Source of the DNA: Tissierellia bacterium
GTDB taxonomy: Bacteria > Bacillota > Clostridia > Tissierellales > Tepidimicrobiaceae
DNA: 64,000 nucleotides
Direction: 5' to 3'
Assembly (NCBI GenBank): GCA_012728595.1
Contig: JAAYEU010000034.1
Span: 3,328 to 67,327 of the forward strand
The position numbers and the translations under genes were made by a program. Positions 21,525-29,755 of the stretch are shown here, piece after piece. The notes below the pieces were generated by a model. It was not told where the DNA came from. It saw only the letters and a list, made by a program, of their open reading frames with translations, and searched no databases. Each line of letters starts with the position of its first letter. The first letter of the stretch is position 1.

Positions 21525-22871
21525 TTGTCGATGAATGCAAGAGAAAAATGTCTAAATATATTGATGGATATCAATTTAAGAGGAGCTTATTCAAACTATG
21601 CAATAACCAAACATTTAAGTAGTTCTATTGACCCTAAGGATGAAAATTTAATACGAGAGATTGTCTATGGAGTGATAGAAAATAGATTATATTTGGATTA
21701 TATAATTTCTAAGCTTTCCAGTGTTAAGATCAAAAAGATTCAACCTGCAATTTTAGATATTTTGAGGATGGGGGTATACCAGATAGCCTTTATGGAAAAA
21801 ATCCCTGATAGGGCGGCTGTAAATGAGGCTGTTAATCTTTCTAAAAAATATGGCCATAAAAGGGTTACTGGATTTGTAAATGGGATACTAAGAAATTTTT
21901 CTAGGAATAAAGAAAAGCTGATGGTGGTGGATAAAACCGACCCTAAGGAATTTCTTTCTATCAAATATTCCTATCCCTTATGGCTAGTCAAAAGATGGAT
22001 CGATGAATTCGGCTATGAATTTACTGAAAAGCTATGCATTGAAAATAATTTAAGACCAAAATTAAATTTAAGAACTAATAGAATTAAAATCAATAGGGAA
22101 GAATTATCCGCCCGATTGACCACTTATGGCTATACCGTTTATAATACCAAGTATGCAGAAGATGGAATAGTGGTAGAAAATCCAATTAGAATCACTGATT
22201 TGGAAGAGTTTAAACAAGGTCTTTTTACCATCCAAGATGAAAGCAGTATGTTGGTAGGACAAATCACCAATCCTAAAAGGGGAAGCCTAGTCCTTGATAT
22301 GTGCAGTGCACCAGGAGGAAAGGCCACCCATATGGCAGAGATAATGGAAAATGATGGCAGGATAATTAGCAGGGATATATATGAGCACAAGCTAAAATTA
22401 GTAGAAGAAAACTCAAATAGATTAGGGATTGACATTATAGAGACGGAAATATTTGATGCTACAGAACTTGATAAAAGTATGATTGGAAAGGTGGATTATT
22501 GTATAATTGATGCCCCCTGTTCTGGCTTGGGAATTATTAGAAGAAGGCCTGATATTAAGTGGAATAGAAATGAAGAGGATATAAAAAAATTAACCAGCAT
22601 GCAAAAAGTTATATTGGATAATGCAAAGCACTATGTAAAAACTGGAGGCATTATAATTTACAGTACTTGTACCATAGGAAGGGATGAAAATCTTAACATA
22701 ATATCAGACTTTCTAAAAGAGAATAAGGAGTTTTCCCTATTGGGCTTTGAAGGGGCAATCGATTCATTAGAAAATTTCGATACAGCTAAAGAAGGTTATC
22801 TTCAATTGTTCCCGCATATACATGGTACTGATGGCTTTTTTATTGCAAGAATTATTAAGAAGGATAGTTAA
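21525..22871 (+). CDS. rsmB: 16S rRNA (cytosine967-C5)-methyltransferase RsmB
   Basis: 448 aa. NusB-like N-domain, SAM site CSAPGGKATH, catalytic DAPCSGLG and TCT. Confidence 0.92.
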   Translation: MSMNAREKCLNILMDINLRGAYSNYAITKHLSSSIDPKDENLIREIVYGVIENRLYLDYIISKLSSVKIKKIQPAILDILRMGVYQIAFMEKIPDRAAVNEAVNLSKKYGHKRVTGFVNGILRNFSRNKEKLMVVDKTDPKEFLSIKYSYPLWLVKRWIDEFGYEFTEKLCIENNLRPKLNLRTNRIKINREELSARLTTYGYTVYNTKYAEDGIVVENPIRITDLEEFKQGLFTIQDESSMLVGQITNPKRGSLVLDMCSAPGGKATHMAEIMENDGRIISRDIYEHKLKLVEENSNRLGIDIIETEIFDATELDKSMIGKVDYCIIDAPCSGLGIIRRRPDIKWNRNEEDIKKLTSMQKVILDNAKHYVKTGGIIIYSTCTIGRDENLNIISDFLKENKEFSLLGFEGAIDSLENFDTAKEGYLQLFPHIHGTDGFFIARIIKKDS

Positions 22872-22885
22872 AAGATAATTTAGTA

Positions 22886-22894
22886 TGGTATAAT
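22886..22894 (+). promoter_or_regulatory. Possible extended -10 element (TGgTATAAT) downstream of rsmB
   Basis: TGGTATAAT at 22886-22894. No convincing -35 element. Confidence 0.25.
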
Positions 22895-23069
22895 AAGAAA
22901 TTAGGAATGGATAAAATGTGAATTTTTAGAATACAGATGAAATACCTTCTATCTACCATTGTTTTAAAGGACAAGCTAAATGAATGGAATAAAAGTTTTG
23001 GTTTAAATTAATAAGTTTGTTAACATCATCTGGAGTGGGACTAAATATTTATACATTGAGGTGATTGTT

Positions 23070-23798
23070 GTGGAGGTTGGGGTAAAAACGGATATCGGTA
23101 AAGTTCGAGAGATAAACCAGGATGCATATTATATTTCCGCTGATGAAGGACCCTTATTCATCGTTGCCGACGGGATGGGCGGTCATAAGGCGGGAGAAAT
23201 TGCGTCTAATATGGCAGTCGACATAATAAGTTCAGACCTAGGAAAGGACATGAATTTTTTAGAATTGGACGATAAGGAAATCCAAAATAGAATCAAACAA
23301 TCTATAGGCAAGGCAAACCAGGAAATTTATAAAAAGTCTCTAGAAGATGAAGGTTTTGCTGGCATGGGAACTACTGTCACCTTAATCTACATAAAGGGAA
23401 AAAAGGTTTTTATTGGGCATGTAGGTGATAGTAGGGCTTATCTATTTCGGGAAAACACGCTAGCCCAGCTAACAGAAGACCATTCTTTAGTAGAAGAACT
23501 AATTAGAAACGGAAGCATAAGCAGGGAAGAGGCAAAACTTCATCCTCAGAGAAACATTATTACTAGGGCTGTAGGAACTAGCCCGGATATTGAAGCAGAT
23601 TTAATTGTCAAAGAAAAATCCAAGGATGACATCTTCCTTTTATGTACCGATGGGCTAACCAATATGTTGGAAGATGAGGAGATAAGGGAACATCTACTGT
23701 CAAAAGAGGATATGCAGAAGGTTTGTGAAAATCTCGTTGAGTTTGCCAATAACAAGGGTGGTTACGACAATATTACTGTGGTTGCAATAAAATTTTAG
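23070..23798 (+). CDS. prpC: PP2C-family Ser/Thr protein phosphatase (Stp/PrpC)
   Basis: KTDIGKVREINQDAY, ADGMGGH and CTDGLTN motifs. GTG 23070 lies 6 nt after GAGGTG. The ORF track starts at GTG 23061. Confidence 0.92.
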   Translation: MEVGVKTDIGKVREINQDAYYISADEGPLFIVADGMGGHKAGEIASNMAVDIISSDLGKDMNFLELDDKEIQNRIKQSIGKANQEIYKKSLEDEGFAGMGTTVTLIYIKGKKVFIGHVGDSRAYLFRENTLAQLTEDHSLVEELIRNGSISREEAKLHPQRNIITRAVGTSPDIEADLIVKEKSKDDIFLLCTDGLTNMLEDEEIREHLLSKEDMQKVCENLVEFANNKGGYDNITVVAIKF

Positions 23799-23815
23799 TA
23801 AAGTGAGGTGATAAG

Positions 23816-25738
23816 ATGATTGGAACGGTTCTTGGAAATAGATATGAGATAGTGGAAAAGATTGGCGGAGGAGGAATGGCTCTTGTATATAGAGCTAAGT
23901 GCAGGCTTTTAAATAGATACGTTGCAATCAAAATTCTTAGAGATGAGTATATCAATGATGAAGAATTTATAAAAAAGTTTAGAAGGGAATCTCAGGCTGC
24001 AGCCAGCCTTTCACACCCAAACATTGTTAACATCTACGATGTAGGAGTGGATATAAAGGATGGACAGGAAATTCAGTATATAGTCATGGAATACATTAAG
24101 GGTAAAACTTTGAAGGAGATAATTAGGGAGAAGGGAAAGCTTACAGTAGAGGAGACTATAGACTATTCCATCCAAATAGCAGAGGCTTTGGAACATGCAC
24201 ATAAAAACCATATAGTTCATAGGGATATAAAACCCCATAATATTATGTTAACAGAAGATGGTAGGATTAAGGTAACCGATTTTGGCATTGCAAGGGCGGC
24301 TACTGCTTCAACGGTAACCAATACCTCTAATGTAATAGGTTCTGTCCATTATTTTTCGCCAGAGCAAGCAAGGGGCGGTTATACAGATGAAAAATCGGAT
24401 ATATACTCATTAGGAATAGTAATGTATGAGATGATTACTGGAAAAGTTCCTTTTGAAGGGGATAGCCCTATTACGGTTGCGCTAAAACATATTCAGGAAG
24501 AGATAGTGCCACCCAGGAAAATAGATAATACAATCCCCATAGGATTAGAAAACATAATAATGAACTGTGTTAAAAAGAGTCAAGGGGATAGATATGCTAC
24601 TGCTAGTGAATTATTAGCTGATCTAAGGAAGACTAAATTATCGGAAGGAAAGTTTCCAATAGAGAATATTAACTCAAATGATGCCCCTACCCGGATAATA
24701 CCAGCTATAGAAGATAAGGATGAAAATAAAATGAAAAAAGTTAACAAAAATAAGAAAAAGAATGATGGAAGCTTGAAGGTGGTCTTTTTTGCTATATTGT
24801 TGGCCTTTATAGTGGTAAGTTCAATGGCTTTGGGATTTTTTAAACTCAAGGATTACTTTATTACAAAAGAAGTTGTAGTGCCAGACTTAGTGGGTATGCA
24901 TAAGGATAGGGCTAAAGAAGAAGTAGAAAAACTAGGACTGAAATTTGAGATTGCCAACGAAGTCTATAGCAGTGAGTTTGAAAAAGATGAGGTAGTTAAT
25001 CAGCTGACCGAGTCGGGAACAAAAGTTAAAGAAGGCTATACCATTGAAGTTACCATTAGCAAGGGAAGAAATTTAGTAAAAGTACCTAATCTAATAAATA
25101 GAAGTATCAATGAAATAGATAATCTATTAATAGAAGCTGGTTTAGCTGAGGGCATAGTAAATTATGAATATAGCGATACAGTTGAGGCTAATATCGTTTT
25201 AAGCCAAGACCCTGCTCCTTATACTGAGGTAGAAGAGGGTACTAGGATAAATTTAGTAGTTAGCCAAGGCCCAGAGCAAAAGTTAGTAGTTATGCCAAGG
25301 CTAATTGGACAAAGTGAGAGCGAAGCTAAAAATGCTCTAATAGCTTATGGTTTAGTATTGGAAGAAATCAAAAGAGAACCAAGTAATGAATATGATGAAG
25401 GAATAGTATTTGGGCAGAGTGTTGAACCAGGAAATGAGATAGAAGCTAATACAAAAATAACCCTTTATGTTAGCACAGGGCCAGAAGAAGAACCTGAGCC
25501 TGAGGATAAGGATAAGGAGCTTCCATTTAAGATGACATTATTCCCAAGTGGTGAAAATGAGGAAGTAGAAATTAGAATAGTAAGGGTTCAAGATGGAAAT
25601 AGAGAAGTTGTATATAATAAAATCCATAAAATTGACGGCAAAAAAATAGAAATACCGTTAATGGGTAAAGTAGATGCCATATTTGAGATCTATTATGATG
25701 GGATTTATATAGACGAAATAGTTCATCCAGATAGATAG
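23816..25738 (+). CDS. prkC: PASTA-domain Ser/Thr protein kinase PrkC/PknB
   Basis: 640 aa. GGGGMALVY...VAIK, HRDIKPHN and DFGIA kinase motifs, one TM, three PASTA repeats, small C-terminal beta domain. Confidence 0.95.
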   Translation: MIGTVLGNRYEIVEKIGGGGMALVYRAKCRLLNRYVAIKILRDEYINDEEFIKKFRRESQAAASLSHPNIVNIYDVGVDIKDGQEIQYIVMEYIKGKTLKEIIREKGKLTVEETIDYSIQIAEALEHAHKNHIVHRDIKPHNIMLTEDGRIKVTDFGIARAATASTVTNTSNVIGSVHYFSPEQARGGYTDEKSDIYSLGIVMYEMITGKVPFEGDSPITVALKHIQEEIVPPRKIDNTIPIGLENIIMNCVKKSQGDRYATASELLADLRKTKLSEGKFPIENINSNDAPTRIIPAIEDKDENKMKKVNKNKKKNDGSLKVVFFAILLAFIVVSSMALGFFKLKDYFITKEVVVPDLVGMHKDRAKEEVEKLGLKFEIANEVYSSEFEKDEVVNQLTESGTKVKEGYTIEVTISKGRNLVKVPNLINRSINEIDNLLIEAGLAEGIVNYEYSDTVEANIVLSQDPAPYTEVEEGTRINLVVSQGPEQKLVVMPRLIGQSESEAKNALIAYGLVLEEIKREPSNEYDEGIVFGQSVEPGNEIEANTKITLYVSTGPEEEPEPEDKDKELPFKMTLFPSGENEEVEIRIVRVQDGNREVVYNKIHKIDGKKIEIPLMGKVDAIFEIYYDGIYIDEIVHPDR

Positions 25739-25747
25739 GAGGTTTTT

Positions 25748-26626
25748 ATGGTAGAAGGTGTAATTGTAAAAGGTGTTGGTGGATTTTATTATGTTAAAGC
25801 TCAGGAAAGATTATACGAATGTAGGGCAAGAGGGCTTTTTCGGGAAGATAATATAACTCCCTTAGTTGGAGATAAGGTACTTATTCGCATCAATGAAGAA
25901 GATGGAACAGGATATATAGAAGAGATTATGGAAAGGAAATCTGAATTAATTAGACCTCCTGTAGCTAATGTAACCCAAGCTATTATCGTTATGAGCATTA
26001 AAAAACCCGATATAAATTTTTGGTTATTAGATAGATTTATAATTTTAGCGGAACACCAAAATTTAAATATCATCATATGTTTAAACAAAGTGGATCTTAC
26101 AAAAAGGGAAGAAATCACCTCAATACTTGATATTTACAAAAATACCAGCTACCCAATTGTAAAAACCAGTACAAAGACTGGTGAGGGTATCGAGGATTTA
26201 AAAGAATATTTAAAGGATCAGGTTACAGTAGTTGCTGGACCTTCAGGAGTTGGCAAATCTTCCCTACTAAACCAAATAAAACCGGGTTTAGAATTAAAAA
26301 CTGGTGATGTTAGCAAGAAAACTACTAGAGGAAGGCATACAACCAGGCATGTAGAGCTAATTGATCTTGGATCAAACTCTTATGTATTAGACACTCCGGG
26401 CTTTAGCTCATTAAATCTGGATTTCATAGAATCTGAAGAAGAATTAAGCAGATACTTTAATGAAATAGATGAGTTTGCAACTAGCTGCAAGTTTATTAAC
26501 TGTTTACACTTTAAAGAACCTGGCTGTGAAGTAAAAAAGCAGGTAGAAAAAGGCAGAATTAGTCCAGTAAGATATGAAAATTACCTAAAGTTTTTAGAAG
26601 AGATAAAATCCATTAGGAGGTATTAA
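25748..26626 (+). CDS. rsgA: Ribosome small-subunit biogenesis GTPase RsgA (CpgA)
   Basis: 292 aa. Circularly permuted GTPase (NKVDL ... GPSGVGKSSLLN), C-terminal zinc motif C..C.H..EPGC. Confidence 0.93.
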   Translation: MVEGVIVKGVGGFYYVKAQERLYECRARGLFREDNITPLVGDKVLIRINEEDGTGYIEEIMERKSELIRPPVANVTQAIIVMSIKKPDINFWLLDRFIILAEHQNLNIIICLNKVDLTKREEITSILDIYKNTSYPIVKTSTKTGEGIEDLKEYLKDQVTVVAGPSGVGKSSLLNQIKPGLELKTGDVSKKTTRGRHTTRHVELIDLGSNSYVLDTPGFSSLNLDFIESEEELSRYFNEIDEFATSCKFINCLHFKEPGCEVKKQVEKGRISPVRYENYLKFLEEIKSIRRY

Positions 26627-26627
26627 C

Positions 26628-27275
26628 ATGGTAAAAATTTCACCATCTATTTTGTCAGCAGATCTAGCAAATTTGAAAGAGGAAGTTTTAAAGCTGGAAA
26701 AAGGAGGAGCAGATTATATCCATCTAGATGTAATGGACGGCATATTCGTACCAAATATAACCTTTGGAGCTCCTCTTATAAAAAAACTAAGGCCTATAAC
26801 CCAAATACCTTTTGATGTCCATCTTATGATTGATAGGCCAGAAAGGTATATTAAGGATTTTGTAGAGGCTGGAGCAGATCTTATTACTATTCATGCTGAA
26901 TCCACCTTACATTTACATAGAACCATAGAGGAAGTAAAGTCTTATGGTGTAAGGGTTGGTGTGGCATTAAATCCGGCTACACCCTTGGGAAATATTGAAT
27001 ATGTTTTAGATTATATAGATTTAGTATTGATAATGACCGTAAATCCTGGCTTTGGAGGACAAAAGTTTATCACTTCCATGAAAGATAAAATAAAAAGGAT
27101 GAGAAAAATTATCGATGAAAGAAATTTAAACATATTAATTCAAGCCGATGGAGGAATTAAGTTAGATAATGCAAAGGAAATAATAGATTGTGGACTAGAC
27201 ATTATAGTAGTAGGCTCTGATATATTTAAGAGTAATGACGTAGTGGAAAGAACAAAGATGTTTAAAAACTTGTAA
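26628..27275 (+). CDS. rpe: Ribulose-phosphate 3-epimerase
   Basis: 215 aa. PSILSAD, HLDVMDG and NPGFGGQ motifs. Confidence 0.95.
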   Translation: MVKISPSILSADLANLKEEVLKLEKGGADYIHLDVMDGIFVPNITFGAPLIKKLRPITQIPFDVHLMIDRPERYIKDFVEAGADLITIHAESTLHLHRTIEEVKSYGVRVGVALNPATPLGNIEYVLDYIDLVLIMTVNPGFGGQKFITSMKDKIKRMRKIIDERNLNILIQADGGIKLDNAKEIIDCGLDIIVVGSDIFKSNDVVERTKMFKNL

Positions 27276-27331
27276 TTAGAATAAAGATATAGTATGATAT
27301 ACTTGAGCCAACAATTAAATATTATATCAAT

Positions 27332-27414
27332 ACACTAGGGGAGCCAAATTGGCTGAGAGGGGACTAGTTCCCGACCCTTAACCTGAACTAGGTAATGCTA
27401 GCGTAGGGAAGTGT
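27332..27414 (+). promoter_or_regulatory. TPP (THI-box) riboswitch aptamer
   Basis: P1 acac(27332-27335)/gtgt(27411-27414). Conserved ggggagc...ggCTGAGAgg...ACCCttaACCTGAacTaGgTAATGCTAGCGtAGGGAa core. Confidence 0.9.
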
Positions 27415-27440
27415 AAAATTATAAGTATAATTTTATGCAT

Positions 27441-27479
27441 AAAAGCCCATTACCTAATTCTGGTAATGGGCTTTTTTTT
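27441..27479 (+). terminator. Riboswitch expression-platform terminator
   Basis: 14-bp stem aaaagcccattacc(27441-27454)/ggtaatgggctttt(27462-27475) followed by a T-run. Lies directly upstream of the thiT RBS. Confidence 0.85.
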
Positions 27480-27496
27480 AAAAAGGAGGAGTCATT

Positions 27497-28036
27497 ATGA
27501 AAAAATGGAGTACTAAGATGTTAGTGGAAGCTGGGTTAATGATAGCCTTAGCCGTTTTATTAAGTAGATTTAAAGTCTATCAGGCACCTCAAGGGGGTTC
27601 TGTAACTGCAGGAAGCATGATCCCAATCCTGTTATTTGCCATGAGGTGGGGACTTAAGCCTGGAATTGTTGCAGGAGCAACTTTTGGGCTATTAAAGCTT
27701 ATATTGGGGGGGTGGATTTTCACTCCTACACAAGCTATATTGGAATATCCTATAGCATTTGGCTTTTTAGGGCTAGCGGGCATTTTTTCCAGTTCCATTA
27801 GGGATTTTAATAAGGAAAAGTATATTAAAATAATCCTATCGGTATTTCTAGCAATAGCTGGCAGGTTTTTATGCCATCTATTAGCAGGGGTAATCTTCTT
27901 TTCTGAATACGCAGGAACTCAAAATCCTTGGATATATTCATTTATTTATCAAGCTAGTTATCTAGTACCAGAATTTATAGTTTCTGCTATAATATTATCT
28001 CTAATTTGGAAACCCATTAGCAGAGTAGAAAAATAG
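27497..28036 (+). CDS. thiT: Thiamine ECF-transporter S component ThiT
   Basis: 179 aa, about 6 TM. PQGGSVTAGSMIPILLFAMRWG is the ThiT/YuaJ pattern. Sits directly behind a TPP riboswitch. Confidence 0.85.
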   Translation: MKKWSTKMLVEAGLMIALAVLLSRFKVYQAPQGGSVTAGSMIPILLFAMRWGLKPGIVAGATFGLLKLILGGWIFTPTQAILEYPIAFGFLGLAGIFSSSIRDFNKEKYIKIILSVFLAIAGRFLCHLLAGVIFFSEYAGTQNPWIYSFIYQASYLVPEFIVSAIILSLIWKPISRVEK

Positions 28037-28048
28037 AAAGGATATGAG

Positions 28049-28684
28049 ATGAAGGCTTTAATCGTTTTAAATGGTAAAATTTTAGATTTAAACAGGTTAA
28101 GGGTAGTTGGCAAAGAAGTAGATTTTATACTTTCTGCTGATGGAGGGACTAATCATTGTTTGGAAGCATCCCTAATACCTGATTTGGTCGTAGGAGATTT
28201 AGACTCTATTTCAGAAGAAAGCATTCAAATAATTAAGAAAAACGGAATTCCCATAGAAAAGTTTCCCGTAAAAAAAGACAAAACAGATTCCGAATTGGCA
28301 AGCGATTATGTAATTGATAAGGGTTTTAAAGACATTACTATCATGGGAGCTATAGGAAATAGAATGGATCATACTCTAGCTAATATACTATTATTAACCA
28401 AATTAACTGAAAAGGGAATAAAGGGTAGGATTATAGATGGGAATAATACTATATATTTAGTTGAAGATGAGTTAACGCTAGAAAATCAAGCAGGTTTCTA
28501 TGTTTCTGTTATTCCTATAACCAATTCAGGAATTTTAATTTCATTAAAGGGGTTCGAATATGAATTGGAAAATACTGAAATAAAATTTGGCTCCACCCTT
28601 GGAATAAGCAATAGGATTGTTAAGAATAAAGGAATTGTAAAAGTTCATAAAGGAAGAGGTTTAGTTATAGTTTCAAAGGATTGA
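28049..28684 (+). CDS. thiN: Thiamine diphosphokinase
   Basis: 211 aa. ADGGTNH, VGDLDS and C-terminal thiamine-binding domain. Position equals B. subtilis yloS. Confidence 0.88.
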   Translation: MKALIVLNGKILDLNRLRVVGKEVDFILSADGGTNHCLEASLIPDLVVGDLDSISEESIQIIKKNGIPIEKFPVKKDKTDSELASDYVIDKGFKDITIMGAIGNRMDHTLANILLLTKLTEKGIKGRIIDGNNTIYLVEDELTLENQAGFYVSVIPITNSGILISLKGFEYELENTEIKFGSTLGISNRIVKNKGIVKVHKGRGLVIVSKD

Positions 28685-28685
28685 T

Positions 28686-28717
28686 AGCAAACCTAATCTT
28701 GGGTTTGCTTCTTTTTT
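28686..28717 (+). terminator. Rho-independent terminator after thiN
   Basis: agcaaacc(28686-28693)/ggtttgct(28702-28709), then tcttttttg. Confidence 0.6.
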
Positions 28718-28775
28718 GTAACTAATTAAGACTATAAGAAATAAGATAAAGTAAAGGCTCTTTGAGGTGAGGAGG

Positions 28776-28946
28776 ATGAGAAATTATTATTACAAATATA
28801 GGTCCAGGTGGAAGAAGGTAGTTGGCATTTTTATTGCTGTGGCTGGTATTATAATTGTGTTTAGTATTGCTCCTATGAAACTTCTTCTATTCCTTATCGG
28901 TTTAGCAATGATTGCCATAGGCGTTTTATTAATAAAAATGAGATAA
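28776..28946 (+). CDS. Unannotated 56-aa two-TM small membrane protein (below ORF-track cutoff)
   Basis: ATG 28776 preceded by GAGGTGAGGAGG. Translation MRNYYYKYRSRWKKVVGIFIAVAGIIIVFSIAPMKLLLFLIGLAMIAIGVLLIKMR*. Followed by a terminator hairpin. Confidence 0.45.
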   Translation: MRNYYYKYRSRWKKVVGIFIAVAGIIIVFSIAPMKLLLFLIGLAMIAIGVLLIKMR

Positions 28947-28985
28947 GGCTTCCACTATTATTTCAATTGGAAGCCTTACTTTTTA
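28944..28985. terminator. Bidirectional terminator between the 56-aa ORF and rpmB
   Basis: taaggcttcca(28944-28954)/tggaagcctta(28968-28978), with T-runs on both strands. Confidence 0.65.
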
Positions 28986-29174
28986 TAATGCTCTCTCCAC
29001 ATAACCAGATCTTAAGCATCTGGTGCACACTTTTATTCTTTTGGTAGTTCCATTAACAACTGCTCTTACTTTTCTTATATTTGGTGACCAATCCCTGTTA
29101 TTCTTTTTATTAGAAAATGTCACTTTGTTTCCAAACATCTTTCCCTTACCACATATATCACATTTTCTTGCCAT
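28983..29174 (-). CDS. rpmB: 50S ribosomal protein L28
   Basis: 63 aa. MARKCDICGKG...SNKKNNRDWSPNIRKV. Confidence 0.95.
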   Translation of the reverse strand: MARKCDICGKGKMFGNKVTFSNKKNNRDWSPNIRKVRAVVNGTTKRIKVCTRCLRSGYVERAL

Positions 29175-29382
29175 AAAAACACCTCCTTAATAAAAGAATA
29201 CAGTTATTATTACAATTTCTCTCTTTACTAGAACATATTATATTCTAACATAATAATGGATAAAAAGGCAACTATAATTATATATTAATCCAATTCTTAA
29301 TAGGAATTAGTTGAAGAAATAAGTATAATAGGGTAAAATATACACATATATTATATTGAACTATTTTCAAGGAGGCGATTTT

Positions 29383-29739
29383 GTGCCAGCTAGAATTAAG
29401 AATGAATATGGCCATATCGATATAGATGACAATGTAATAGCAACCATTGCAGGACTTTCAGCCATGGAAAGCTATGGGATAGTAGGCATGGCAAGCAAGA
29501 AAGCTAAGGATGGATTTTTTGAACTATTGAAAAGGGAAAATCTTTCAAAAGGTGTGAAAACATATATAGAAGATGATAAAATAATTATTGATTTACACGT
29601 TATATTGCAATATGGTATGAGAATATCTGTAGTAGCAGAAAATATCATTGAAAAAGTAAAATTCAATCTGGAAAACTTAACGGGGATGACAGTTGAACAA
29701 GTAAATGTATATGTACAAGGAATTAGAGTTGAAAAGTAG
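29383..29739 (+). CDS. Asp23/Gls24 family envelope-stress protein (YloU)
   Basis: GTG 29383 lies 7 nt after AAGGAGG. The ORF track starts at 29356. IATIAGLSAMESYGIVGM is the Asp23 pattern. Conserved upstream of fakA. Confidence 0.85.
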   Translation: MPARIKNEYGHIDIDDNVIATIAGLSAMESYGIVGMASKKAKDGFFELLKRENLSKGVKTYIEDDKIIIDLHVILQYGMRISVVAENIIEKVKFNLENLTGMTVEQVNVYVQGIRVEK

Positions 29740-29755
29740 TTAGGAGGTACAAAGG

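Noticed and set aside
22872-23060. The rsmB-stp gap as a riboswitch or sRNA
   Set aside because: No recognisable riboswitch core, no convincing terminator and no strong conserved-looking helices. It is treated instead as a possible rlmN deletion scar (see findings).
28685-29382. Search for a SpoVM-like 26-aa ORF around rpmB
   Set aside because: No ORF on either strand resembles the amphipathic MK..I.KLPKF... peptide. Only the unrelated 56-aa TM ORF and a 10-codon ATG...TAA are present.
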